Positions 26,608-34,338 of a DNA stretch of 34,338 bases are shown one piece after another. The DNA comes from a virus. Lineage: Duplodnaviria > Caudoviricetes. The position numbers and the translations under genes were made by a program. Each line of letters begins with the position of its first letter. The stretch's first letter is position 1. The stretch covers positions 1 through 34,338 of the IMG/VR virus record IMGVR_UViG_3300010203_000019. One strand, given 5' to 3'. The notes under the pieces were generated by a model, which had not been told where the DNA came from, made no database searches, and saw only the letters and a program-made list of their open reading frames with translations.

Positions 26608-26897
26608 GGATCCGACCTGTCGACGGCGGTACGTCCGTCATGTTCGAGTGCCCAGGCTGCGGAGAAAACCACGGTTTGCCGGTCGATGGTTCGCGGGGTT
26701 GGTCGTGGAACGGCGATGTGGATCGCCCAACGATCACGCCGAGCATCTTGGCGCGTGGGTACAAGTTCAAGTCGGACGCCGACAACGAGACGGAAGCCTA
26801 TGTCTGCCACTCCTTCGTCACGGATGGGCGGATCCAGTTCCTGGCCGACTGCACGCATTCGAAGGCCGGCCAAACGGTTGACCTTCTGGAGATTTGA
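26604..26897 (+). CDS. DUF6527-like Cys/His metal-binding protein
   Basis: CPGCG..H, W.WNG....PT.TPSI, CHSFVTDG.I.FL.DCTH motifs. Confidence 0.75.
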   Translation: MRIRPVDGGTSVMFECPGCGENHGLPVDGSRGWSWNGDVDRPTITPSILARGYKFKSDADNETEAYVCHSFVTDGRIQFLADCTHSKAGQTVDLLEI

Positions 26898-26916
26898 TCG
26901 GTCAACACCGGGGCGA

Positions 26917-27186
26917 TCAAAACGTCAGCCCTGGGAACCTTTCAGCCAGCGCCAACGCTTCGGAAACAGCTTCTGCCTCCAGAAGCCACTGAATGGTGAT
27001 CCCATCAATTGGGTCATGCTGCTCGCAGTTGTCGTCCTCGTCTACGGGCCCAAGCGCCAACTCCGGCCCGTGACAATCCAGGCCGAAGAATGGTTTGGCA
27101 TGACGACAATTTCTGCAGCATGGAACGATTCCGCCAAGCCACTCCGAAGGGTCGAGGGCGTTCCAGGTCAAGACGACACGCTTCAT
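26917..27186 (-). CDS. Small Cys-rich hypothetical protein
   Basis: CCRNCRH...C...C..H pattern; ATGA overlap with the methylase stop. Confidence 0.6.
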   Translation of the reverse strand: MKRVVLTWNALDPSEWLGGIVPCCRNCRHAKPFFGLDCHGPELALGPVDEDDNCEQHDPIDGITIQWLLEAEAVSEALALAERFPGLTF

Positions 27187-28547
27187 GCTGCCACTGCCAC
27201 AGCTTCTCCCATGTTTGCCCGCACAACAGCTGCGGCGACCTGTGGGACGACGCTGTTCCCGATCCGGTGCACCTGCTGGGTCTTCGTCCCAGGGAGCTGG
27301 TAGGAGTCCGGGAAACCTTGCGCCCTGGCGAGTTCGCGCGGCTGGAGCATCCGCATGCCGATGTCCACGATTTGCAGCTCTCGCAGGCGCGCCACGACAA
27401 GGGACATCCGGTCCACGGTCGTGATCGTCGGGAGTGGAAGTTGGAGATCCGAGGAGTGGCCACCGTTGGAGTAGTAGCGCTCGATCCAGGCAACCAAGCG
27501 TTCGGGCGTTTCCGGGCCAGCGTCAGCAGTGCAGAGGGAATGGTGGTCCACGCTCGTCACGGCACCGAGCGGAAGGTCCAGCTGGTGACCGACCACGCTG
27601 CCGTAGTGCTTGGCGATCCATGCCGCGCAAAGTGCGTGGTGGCCACCCTGGCCGGTGACGGTGGAGAGTGGTTCCTCGATGACCTGTCCGGTGGAAGTGC
27701 CGTAGAACTTCGAGATCCACGGCGCGACCAGGGCGTGGCGATTCTCGGTCATCACCGTTGTCAAGGGGCGGTCGAGATCCCAGACTGGTGAAGTCCCCGA
27801 GCTCTGGTTGTCGATCGAGATCAAGAACGGTTTTCCCTGCAGTACGAATCGGACGAGCCCGGCCGCGATCCGGCGTTGGGTTGCTTCCGCCAATGGCTTG
27901 GATCGGTCGAAAATTGACGGGACAGGAATTGTCCAGTCGATGCACTCCGCAGCGGTGCGGTAGGGGATGCGCCCTTTCCCGTGGGTGGGCTCTGGCCAAA
28001 CTGGTTTCACGCCGTCCGCACGGGCGACCAGGAACAGGCGCTTGCGTGAGGTCGGCGCGCCGAAGTCGGCCGCGTTCAGAATTCGCCAGTCCACCGCGTA
28101 GCCCTCGCGCTCGAGGTCGCGGACCCATCGACGGAAGTGCTGACCGCTCCGGCGCGGGTCGGGCTTTTCGTCGACCAGTGGGCCCCACGTCAGGAACTCC
28201 GCGACGTTCTCCAAGCAGATCACACGCGGCCGCACCTGGCGTGCCCAGGGGATCGCAACACGGGCCAACGTGCGCACCCGTGGCGATACCTTCGCGCCGC
28301 CCTTGGCGCGGCTGAAATGTCGGCAATCGGGCGAGAGCCAGAGCAGGTCCACTTCACGGCCGCCACAGGCTTCCTTGGGCCGAACCTCCCAGACCGAGGC
28401 CTCCTCGTGGTGGGTTCCCGGGTGGTTCGCGGCGTGCATCTGGATTGCGTGGTGGTCGTGGTTGACGGCAAGGTCTGGCGCGCATCCGGTAGCCCACTGG
28501 ATCCCCAGGGAAGCACCGCCGCCGCCTGCGAAGAGATCGACGATCAT
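27183..28547 (-). CDS. DNA (cytosine-5)-methyltransferase, orphan
   Basis: Motif I DLFAGGGG, IV SPDC, VI ENV, VIII PTSRKRLF, IX RELARAQGFP, X GNSV; start at ATG 28547. Confidence 0.93.
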   Translation of the reverse strand: MIVDLFAGGGGASLGIQWATGCAPDLAVNHDHHAIQMHAANHPGTHHEEASVWEVRPKEACGGREVDLLWLSPDCRHFSRAKGGAKVSPRVRTLARVAIPWARQVRPRVICLENVAEFLTWGPLVDEKPDPRRSGQHFRRWVRDLEREGYAVDWRILNAADFGAPTSRKRLFLVARADGVKPVWPEPTHGKGRIPYRTAAECIDWTIPVPSIFDRSKPLAEATQRRIAAGLVRFVLQGKPFLISIDNQSSGTSPVWDLDRPLTTVMTENRHALVAPWISKFYGTSTGQVIEEPLSTVTGQGGHHALCAAWIAKHYGSVVGHQLDLPLGAVTSVDHHSLCTADAGPETPERLVAWIERYYSNGGHSSDLQLPLPTITTVDRMSLVVARLRELQIVDIGMRMLQPRELARAQGFPDSYQLPGTKTQQVHRIGNSVVPQVAAAVVRANMGEAVAVAA

Positions 28548-28927
28548 GCAGCCACCGCCTTCGGTTCCCGCAGCTCCACCGGCAGCTTCGCGTCCACACG
28601 CTCGAGCATTTCGCGCTCGGTCCCGTGGGCGTGGTGGAACTCCCGGCGACAAGCTCCGTGCGTCGAGAACTGCGATCCGTTGTGGTGCTCGTTGCAAAGC
28701 GGGATGGTCTCCCACCAGGGCGCCCGTTCGCTCAGGCCGTGGCCGTCGCGGATGTGGTGGATCTGCGCGGGCACCTTTCCGCAGGCTGCGCATCCCATGA
28801 GGGCGAGGCGACCGGCGCGCATGCGAGCCTCGAAGCACACGGTCATCTTGGAGAGGTCGACGCGGCGCTTGGGCTTGATCCAGGGTTCCCGCTTGGGCTT
28901 GCTGGGCTTCGGGTTACGCTTGAGCAT
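28544..28927 (-). CDS. Ref-like (recombination enhancement) HNH/Zn nuclease
   Basis: Basic N-terminus, GCAACG...IHH, TIPLCNEHH, F...HGTE motifs. Confidence 0.75.
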   Translation of the reverse strand: MLKRNPKPSKPKREPWIKPKRRVDLSKMTVCFEARMRAGRLALMGCAACGKVPAQIHHIRDGHGLSERAPWWETIPLCNEHHNGSQFSTHGACRREFHHAHGTEREMLERVDAKLPVELREPKAVAA

Positions 28928-29261
28928 TGGATTCCTTTCTGAGACGAAGGCCGTCGGCCTCGAGGCGGCGCAACCGTTCAACCAGTGGCATGCGCTGCGG
29001 GTTCTTTAGCCTCTCCAGGGCGGCGCGTAGTTCCGGCGTGCGGTCGATCTCGGCACGTCTGTTGGCGATCTCGCGAGCTGGTGACCACGCAGGTTTGTCG
29101 ATGGGCGCTTCGCCGATTTCCCGTTGCGCGGATCGCTTCGCTTTCAGGTCAATTTTTGTCCAGACGATCCGGCAGTCTGCGCAGCAAAACGCCTTTGGCA
29201 TTCCGCCGGTGCGCCTGGGTGATGGTGGGACCGGTGCACCGCATTGACGACAGGCGGTCAT
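28914..29261 (-). CDS. Zinc-finger hypothetical protein
   Basis: CRQCG...FCCADCR. Confidence 0.6.
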   Translation of the reverse strand: MTACRQCGAPVPPSPRRTGGMPKAFCCADCRIVWTKIDLKAKRSAQREIGEAPIDKPAWSPAREIANRRAEIDRTPELRAALERLKNPQRMPLVERLRRLEADGLRLRKESNAQA

Positions 29262-29686
29262 GGGATGGCCCTCAGTCGCTCGAGCTTGGCGCGACAAGCT
29301 TTTGCGAATCTCGTGAACTGGGCGCGCCGACGCCATTTCTTCCTCTCGTACTCGCTCTCGGTGTACGCCTGGAACCATCGATTGCGCTCGACTGCTTCCG
29401 ATAGGCTCGACAGCATTCGCCGCAGGTGGTCACGCTCCACCCGGGCAAGCCGCGCGCGAAGGTCGGCGATCTTCTCGCAGGCCGGCGACCGATATTGGAC
29501 GCCGCGATCCCCCTCGAAGTCCGGGCACAAGCGCGTACCGCATTCGCAGGCCATCACGAACCCGGTGACGTGCTGGTGGAGCTTGCTCTTTCCCCAATCG
29601 AGCGGATCGCCACAGTATGGGCAATTCGGCTGCGCGAGCGTGTGCGCTTCGTCGAATCGGACGACTCGGATTTCCTGGCTCATCAT
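29258..29686 (-). CDS. Zinc-ribbon hypothetical protein with coiled-coil C-terminus
   Basis: CPYCG...CECG...C; ATGA overlaps at both ends. Confidence 0.6.
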   Translation of the reverse strand: MMSQEIRVVRFDEAHTLAQPNCPYCGDPLDWGKSKLHQHVTGFVMACECGTRLCPDFEGDRGVQYRSPACEKIADLRARLARVERDHLRRMLSSLSEAVERNRWFQAYTESEYERKKWRRRAQFTRFAKACRAKLERLRAIP

Positions 29687-29976
29687 GCACCACCCTTCGG
29701 TTTGCGCATGCGGCGCTTTCGGAGCGATCCAGTTTCGATCCATCGAAGCAAGTGGGCGGCGATCTCTTTGGCTTGATCTACATCGAGGTGCATTCTGGCG
29801 AAAGTTTCATGCGTGACAGGATCCGTCTGGACGTCATCAAGACCAAGCCACAAGAAGTCTTCACCAGGTCCGCGCTCGAAGGCGGTCGTGCTGCTCTGCT
29901 GCATCGAGCACGGACGCGATCGGCTGTCTTCGAACTTGATGAACTCGAACCCACGTGGAGTTTTCTGGACCTTCAC
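29683..29976 (-). CDS. Conserved small phage protein, candidate Acb4-like cyclic-nucleotide sponge
   Basis: TPRGF...F.D....CSMQQSS...LWLG...RMHL...A..L..W..TG.L; GTG start overlapping the upstream TGA; family match from memory only. Confidence 0.5.
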   Translation of the reverse strand: MKVQKTPRGFEFIKFEDSRSRPCSMQQSSTTAFERGPGEDFLWLGLDDVQTDPVTHETFARMHLDVDQAKEIAAHLLRWIETGSLRKRRMRKPKGGA

Positions 29977-30572
29977 GGAGCCACCTCTTTCGCCTGGACG
30001 CGGTCGTAGTGCTTCCGAAGCCCTGCGAGCGTTTGAACGAGGTGCGCAGCCGCCCGACGCTGTGCGGGATCTGCGCCTTCGATGAATTCGCGCGCGACGT
30101 GACTTAGGCGAGTAAGCAGATACCACTCGTCCCGATCCACACCGACCTCCCCGTCTTTCATCACCCGGGTGGCAGGGATGGAATGCGCGTGCGCCTGAAA
30201 CCACTTCGTCGCTGCTCGCATTGTGGCGTGGGGCTCCAGGTCGCTGTAGGCCACGTCGAGCACTTCCTTGATCCACTGCCGGACCGTAGGGGCTGGCACC
30301 ACCACCTTGTCGGGGACGGTAGCGCCCTGCTGTGGATGCAAGTACAGCGGAATCGGTTCCTTCCCGTACACCGCCGCAATGCTCTTCGCCTTGTCGAAGT
30401 CGGTGAAGTGGTCGCCTTCCAGTCCGCCAACGATCCAGGCCACCGGGGCGGCCTTGGACTCGGCAACCGCACGCAGCCGCTTCACCTCCCGCGCAAGGAT
30501 CGCAACGTGTGATTCAGGGAGTAGGCTTTCGGCCTCGGACAGAATTTGTTCGATCACGATTCTTTCCTCCAT
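29973..30572 (-). CDS. Hypothetical protein with Eaa/DUF551-like PVAW...PLY segment
   Basis: APVAWIV...EPIPLYLHP motif common in phage early mosaic genes. Confidence 0.6.
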   Translation of the reverse strand: MEERIVIEQILSEAESLLPESHVAILAREVKRLRAVAESKAAPVAWIVGGLEGDHFTDFDKAKSIAAVYGKEPIPLYLHPQQGATVPDKVVVPAPTVRQWIKEVLDVAYSDLEPHATMRAATKWFQAHAHSIPATRVMKDGEVGVDRDEWYLLTRLSHVAREFIEGADPAQRRAAAHLVQTLAGLRKHYDRVQAKEVAP

Positions 30573-30796
30573 TCTTCTTCGAGACCAAGCACGAACCGAC
30601 GAGCGATTCCGGCATTGGCGTAATGGTTTCCCAGCGAGCTGTAGCTGGATTGGGTGATTCCGTTTCTGGTGTAGGTGGCCAGGATCACGATCGAGTCGAG
30701 CAACTCGGTTTCACGCAGCTGCTCGGCGATGGCACCGATCCGCTCCTGGCGTTCGTCCGTTTCGCGGCGGGCTTCTGCCTCTTCGTCGGGCGTCAT
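30554..30796 (-). CDS. Small hypothetical protein
   Basis: MTPDEEAEARRE..., GGAGG RBS, ATGA overlap. Confidence 0.6.
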   Translation of the reverse strand: MTPDEEAEARRETDERQERIGAIAEQLRETELLDSIVILATYTRNGITQSSYSSLGNHYANAGIARRFVLGLEEEWRKES

Positions 30797-31482
30797 GCGA
30801 TCCTCCGGAATTCCACGACCCAGACCCAAGGGTTTGCATCCCAGGATTCGCGGCCGTTGATGCTATCCCACAGATCGTGGAACCAGCCACGTGCAGCGCC
30901 CACTGGGTGATCTCCACAGCCTTCGGCCACAGCGTCGGCTTCGGTGATGTCGTGCAAGCGCTCCACGCGCATGCCGGTCACCTCGAGCGAGATCCGGGAA
31001 GCGCGGCGGGGCATGTGGATCGATGGACGCCACTTGAAACCCCACGCAGCGGGCATCTCACCGTCAGCCCTGTACCTTGGGTGACAAGCCTTGTCCATGT
31101 GCGGGAGCATTCCACCGGTGCGCGGGCACCACGTCTCCCGAACCCACAAGCCAGACTCTTCGAGCGGTTCGAGCGTCCATCGACGGTTGTCAGTTTCTGC
31201 CCGGCACTCCCCGGCGTACGGCGTCAGGAAGTTGAACTCGCCAGGCCGGAGTCCGAGATTCGTGTCCTTGAGGACGGCGGACACCGCGAAGTTTCGATTC
31301 GCGTGGAGCTTGTGTTTCCCAGGCTTCGCGACGATGTCGAAGAAAGGGCCATCTCCGCGCACGGTGTGGAGCACGTTGCCGCGCAGGGTATCGAGATCCA
31401 CCACTCGCCGCGTTTGCGTCTTGCGGCCGTCAAGGATGGCGCGGACCATGGGAGCGCTGAAGAGGATGGGGCGCATGATCAT
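30793..31482 (-). CDS. ASCH/PUA-like phage protein
   Basis: PILFS.PMVRAILDGRKTQTRR, LWVRETW, WRPSIHMPR.ASRI.LEV...RVERL.DI, W.ANPWVWVVEF. Confidence 0.85.
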   Translation of the reverse strand: MIMRPILFSAPMVRAILDGRKTQTRRVVDLDTLRGNVLHTVRGDGPFFDIVAKPGKHKLHANRNFAVSAVLKDTNLGLRPGEFNFLTPYAGECRAETDNRRWTLEPLEESGLWVRETWCPRTGGMLPHMDKACHPRYRADGEMPAAWGFKWRPSIHMPRRASRISLEVTGMRVERLHDITEADAVAEGCGDHPVGAARGWFHDLWDSINGRESWDANPWVWVVEFRRIA

Positions 31483-31688
31483 GCCGCCGCTCCCTTCTCC
31501 ACCGCAAACCGATTTCCCAGCGCTCCGCACTTCGGGCAGACGCCGGCCTTGCCGACAAAAATCGGGTGCGTGCTGCACCAGTAAACCGGATCGCCACTGG
31601 AGCGGGCAAGGCCGAATAGCACCTTCTCGGCGTTGGTCAGCTGACGACCCTTCCCGGTGCCGTCGGTGACCTTGGTTGGATCGCTCAT
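31479..31688 (-). CDS. Small protein with heavy-metal-binding-domain-like Cys/His motif
   Basis: YWCSTHP......G.CPKCG resembles the YxCPMHP...GxCPxCG motif. Confidence 0.55.
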   Translation of the reverse strand: MSDPTKVTDGTGKGRQLTNAEKVLFGLARSSGDPVYWCSTHPIFVGKAGVCPKCGALGNRFAVEKGAAA

Positions 31689-32290
31689 GGGGTGACCTCG
31701 GCTTTCGCTGCGGCGCACTCGGCAGCCATGACCAGCGCTTCGCCGCGTGCGAATTCAAAGGCCCGTGCCCGCTGTTCGCAGCGCGGCGAACCGTCGTTCG
31801 GAAACTCGCTGGTGTTCGATTCCCGGATGGTGACCGCATTCCATTCCGAAACCGTCTTGTACAGGCAGCCCATGCGCACGCAGGCGGTCCCATCCTCGAG
31901 CACGTAGGCCCAGATCTGGTATCGGTAGAGGCCGGCAAAGGCGCGAAGCGCCTGGATTTTTTTGTCGCCCAGGTTCGCGCCGCGCAGGTTCGCGCCGAGC
32001 AGGTCCGCGCCGCGCAGGTCCGCGCCGCCCAGGTTCGCGCCGAGCAGGTTCGCGCCGCGCAGGTCCGCGCCGCCCAGGTTCGCGCCGAGCAGGTCCGCGC
32101 CGCGCAGGTCCGCGCCGCCCAGGTTCGCGCCGCTCGCAAGCGCCCGTTTGATGGCTTCACCGAGGTTCCTGGAGTTGCTTCCACGATCCTCGATCTCGCC
32201 TTCCCATTGGCAAGCGTTCGTCCACCGGTGGTTGATCTTGATGCTGATTTTCTTCGTTTCCATTGCTGACACTTTCTGTTCGTTGTTCAT
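31685..32290 (-). CDS. Pentapeptide-repeat protein (alternative start 32263)
   Basis: 11 x GA(N/D)L(G/R/L) repeats; C-terminal VRMGC.....EW segment. Confidence 0.88.
   Translation of the reverse strand: MNNEQKVSAMETKKISIKINHRWTNACQWEGEIEDRGSNSRNLGEAIKRALASGANLGGADLRGADLLGANLGGADLRGANLLGANLGGADLRGADLLGANLRGANLGDKKIQALRAFAGLYRYQIWAYVLEDGTACVRMGCLYKTVSEWNAVTIRESNTSEFPNDGSPRCEQRARAFEFARGEALVMAAECAAAKAEVTP
31967..32131. repeat. 15-bp tandem repeat x11 with 45-bp higher-order period (encodes the pentapeptides)
   Basis: Units of (gcc/gcg/gag)caggt(t/c)cgcgcc read directly. Confidence 0.95.
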
Positions 32291-32907
32291 GGTTTGAGGC
32301 CGTAGCCGTAGATTTCGGTTTCGAGCATTCGGATGTCGGCACGCGCCTTTTCGAGGCGTTCCCGGGCATCTGGCTTGAGCCTGTCGCCCATCGCTTCCCA
32401 TCGCTCGATGGATGGCCGTAGGTCGGCGATCTTCCGGCGTGCCGCTTCGGCCTTGTTCTCACGCTCGGATTGGATGACCTTCCAAACCGGGATTTCATCG
32501 GGAGAGGGAGGGGGCGCGTCCGCGCCATTTCCCCCCTTGGGGAAATTCTCCTCTCCTCTCTTCTCCTCTCCTGGCGACACCTCCGCGACAGGTTTGCGAC
32601 TCGCATCGTTATCGCACTGCGATCCAGGTGCGACGGGTTCGCGATTCCCCCAGCGACGTGCGTTTCCTTGCTTCCCGGCCTCGCTCTTCTTCTCGCGCAT
32701 GCGATCCTTGTCGTCCTTTGCCTCCTTGCGGAGCTGGGCGCCTTTGGCGTGGCCGTCCACTTCTGGCTTGGTGGCGCCGGGGCGAAGCATCGCGCCCAGT
32801 GCACCAGCTTGGAAGCCAAACGCCCACTCGCCACGCTCACGCGAGGTCGAGAAGGCGCCCAGCCATTCGCCCAGGACCACAGGATCGAGTTTGACCCAAT
32901 CGGCCAC
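32287..32907 (-). CDS. Putative replication initiator / replisome organizer
   Basis: MADWVKL start, [14 protein letters not shown] and EEKRGEE linker motifs typical of phage initiators; contains iteron-like repeats. Confidence 0.6.
   Translation of the reverse strand: MADWVKLDPVVLGEWLGAFSTSRERGEWAFGFQAGALGAMLRPGATKPEVDGHAKGAQLRKEAKDDKDRMREKKSEAGKQGNARRWGNREPVAPGSQCDNDASRKPVAEVSPGEEKRGEENFPKGGNGADAPPPSPDEIPVWKVIQSERENKAEAARRKIADLRPSIERWEAMGDRLKPDARERLEKARADIRMLETEIYGYGLKP
32527..32657. promoter_or_regulatory. Candidate replication origin (phased GCGAY repeats, pyrimidine tract, hairpin)
   Basis: GCGA(C/T) at 32574, 32585, 32596, 32619, 32630, 32641, 32653; CT tract 32546-32572; ATTTCCCC-cctt-GGGGAAAT 32527-32546. 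Confidence 0.55.
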
Positions 32908-32909
32908 GA

Positions 32910-33572
32910 TCAGTCCTCGTCCGACTCGACATCTTCGCCTTCGGAACGGCGCGCTTCCCACCGGCGATGCTCGTCACGCAACGCGCCGCGCACAACCTCC
33001 AAACGCTCCGCCGACTTCCCGTGGAAGGTGAGGGTCAGTTTGTCCATGGCGACCTTGGCGACCACGCTACCGAATGCGGCCTTGATCGTGCCGTCGTCGG
33101 AGACGGAAACCTCAGGGGTCCACGGCTCCTTTGTCAGGGAGGCCACGAACGCAGTGGACTGGCAACGCCACTCCGCAGCCTTTTGCGACTCCTGGAGCGC
33201 CGTTCCCTGCCATTTGACGAAGTCCTTCGCCGCGAAGAGCGCGATAGCTTCACCCAGGACAGCGAGGTCACCGTCGTGGTTGAGCGGGCGCGTCTTGATC
33301 GGTGGTTCGGTGTTGTAGGAGGTGACTTCGGCGGGAATGGACGGCTGGAAAATCACGAAGTCCCCGTCGTCGGTCATGAACAGTTGGATCACGGTTTCGG
33401 CGATCCCATCGGCCCGCACCAGGAACGCATTGGGGCGGTTCATTGGGTCCACGAACACCATGGAGCCTTGCTTCGTCTTCCTGTCGACAAGCGCTTCTTG
33501 GATGCTTTCGCCGACGACCTTGAACCAGTCGTGAAGGCAAAAGGAAACGTCGAGTTGATGCGCGAATTTCAT
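32910..33572 (-). CDS. Hypothetical protein, 220 aa
   Basis: Long ORF with ATGA coupling and phage-like codon usage; no motif recognised. Confidence 0.65.
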   Translation of the reverse strand: MKFAHQLDVSFCLHDWFKVVGESIQEALVDRKTKQGSMVFVDPMNRPNAFLVRADGIAETVIQLFMTDDGDFVIFQPSIPAEVTSYNTEPPIKTRPLNHDGDLAVLGEAIALFAAKDFVKWQGTALQESQKAAEWRCQSTAFVASLTKEPWTPEVSVSDDGTIKAAFGSVVAKVAMDKLTLTFHGKSAERLEVVRGALRDEHRRWEARRSEGEDVESDED

Positions 33573-34135
33573 GCGGTGACTTTCTTCTTGGCGGCCTTCG
33601 GTGCGGCACGCTTGGTGATGGCGATGTCATTTCCTGTCCAGGTCACGGACAGGCGCGGACCGAATCCGATTTCACGGAATCGGGACCAGGGGATGGAGTG
33701 GAGGACGCCACGGTCGACCCAGGCGACCTCGGTGATTCCTCCGGCATGTCGATGTGCGTCGAGCTCGTCGGATTGGTGGGTACCGTCGGAGTGGGCAAGG
33801 TCGGACCACGCTAGGGTGTGGTCACGCTTCTTCACCTCGATCAGGACGGATACGCCAACTGTTTCTGGAGCGTTTTTCCCGTTGAGGTGCAGGAAACACG
33901 GCAGCACAGCCCGGATGTCGCCCGAAACCTTTTCCTTGGCGTAGCGCTGCCCTTCCTGGGTCACTCCGAACGGGGTGTGCACCTGTTCCACCATCACGAA
34001 ACCGCGGCGAACGCAGTCGGCCCGAACGAGCGCTTCGGCGGCATCGCCACCGCGCTTGCGCTCGGACTGCTTTATGGATAGGCGGATGGATTCGACGCTG
34101 ACGCGTTTCCCGGCAGGGACACGGAAGCGCATCAT
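33569..34135 (-). CDS. RecU-like Holliday junction resolvase (PD-(D/E)XK)
   Basis: G..AE, V.TP, KVSGD, LIEVK, HQ...L......GG motifs; start ATG 34135 overlaps the upstream stop. Confidence 0.65.
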   Translation of the reverse strand: MMRFRVPAGKRVSVESIRLSIKQSERKRGGDAAEALVRADCVRRGFVMVEQVHTPFGVTQEGQRYAKEKVSGDIRAVLPCFLHLNGKNAPETVGVSVLIEVKKRDHTLAWSDLAHSDGTHQSDELDAHRHAGGITEVAWVDRGVLHSIPWSRFREIGFGPRLSVTWTGNDIAITKRAAPKAAKKKVTA

Positions 34136-34338
34136 TTGCGCCACCACATGCGTCCGAACTGGTAGGCGAGAACGCCAGCAGTCATCGGCCAAGCCACGCA
34201 CCAGAATACGTAGTGGCGGCGCATGATCCTCCAGCGAATCAACGGAGGAGCACCGCTCACGACGAAGCCGAACAGGAGCCCCGCGACCGGGATTCCCCAA
34301 GCCCAGATCGTGACGATGGTTGACAGAATCTGGATCAT
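34132..34338 (-). CDS. Small membrane protein (may begin at or beyond the window edge)
   Basis: Two hydrophobic segments; ATGA overlap with the resolvase. Confidence 0.5.
   Translation of the reverse strand: MIQILSTIVTIWAWGIPVAGLLFGFVVSGAPPLIRWRIMRRHYVFWCVAWPMTAGVLAYQFGRMWWRK

Noticed and set aside
15709-28547. HsdR_N nuclease and C5 methylase as a split restriction-modification system
   Set aside because: About 10 kb apart in opposite operons; type I systems use N6-adenine methylases with HsdS; orphan C5 methylases are common in phages
27183-28838. 551-aa methylase with long N-terminal extension
   Set aside because: The extension overlaps the Ref-like gene in another frame; motif I begins right after ATG 28547
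31967-32131. Possible CRISPR array or DGR variable repeat
   Set aside because: Contiguous 15-bp coding repeats without unique spacers; no cas or reverse transcriptase gene in the window
30793-32184. 463-aa ORF fusing ARTCA-like repeats to the ASCH protein
   Set aside because: The upstream part is the off-frame reading of the pentapeptide gene; the real start is ATG 31482 with ATGA coupling

Overview
The window is a GC-rich tailed dsDNA phage or prophage segment (siphovirus-type tail). No host genes, integrase or CI-like repressor are visible, so lifestyle and ends cannot be fixed. A + strand late region (~0.9-26.9 kb) runs: TerS, TerL, portal, MuF head protein fused to an ADP-ribosyltransferase (ART) domain plus a small partner ORF, scaffold, epsilon15/BPP-1-like capsid and cement protein, neck genes, tail tube, frameshifted tail chaperones, tape measure, GTA-like tail tip genes, an inserted HsdR_N nuclease + lipoprotein pair, central tail protein, tail fibre, SGNH esterase and lysis genes. 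It converges on a - strand early/middle region (26.9-34.3 kb) with a C5 DNA methyltransferase, Ref-like nuclease, possible Acb4-like sponge, ASCH-like protein, pentapeptide-repeat protein, a replication initiator containing phased iteron-like repeats, and a RecU-like resolvase. The most striking non-coding signal is a four-copy bipartite element, TAACCCGGACA-N20-CGC-CAYCTT, with an invariant 23-nt spacer. It precedes each late module, and in two cases its TAA is the stop codon of an accessory gene. All family assignments come from motif recognition by eye, not from database searches.
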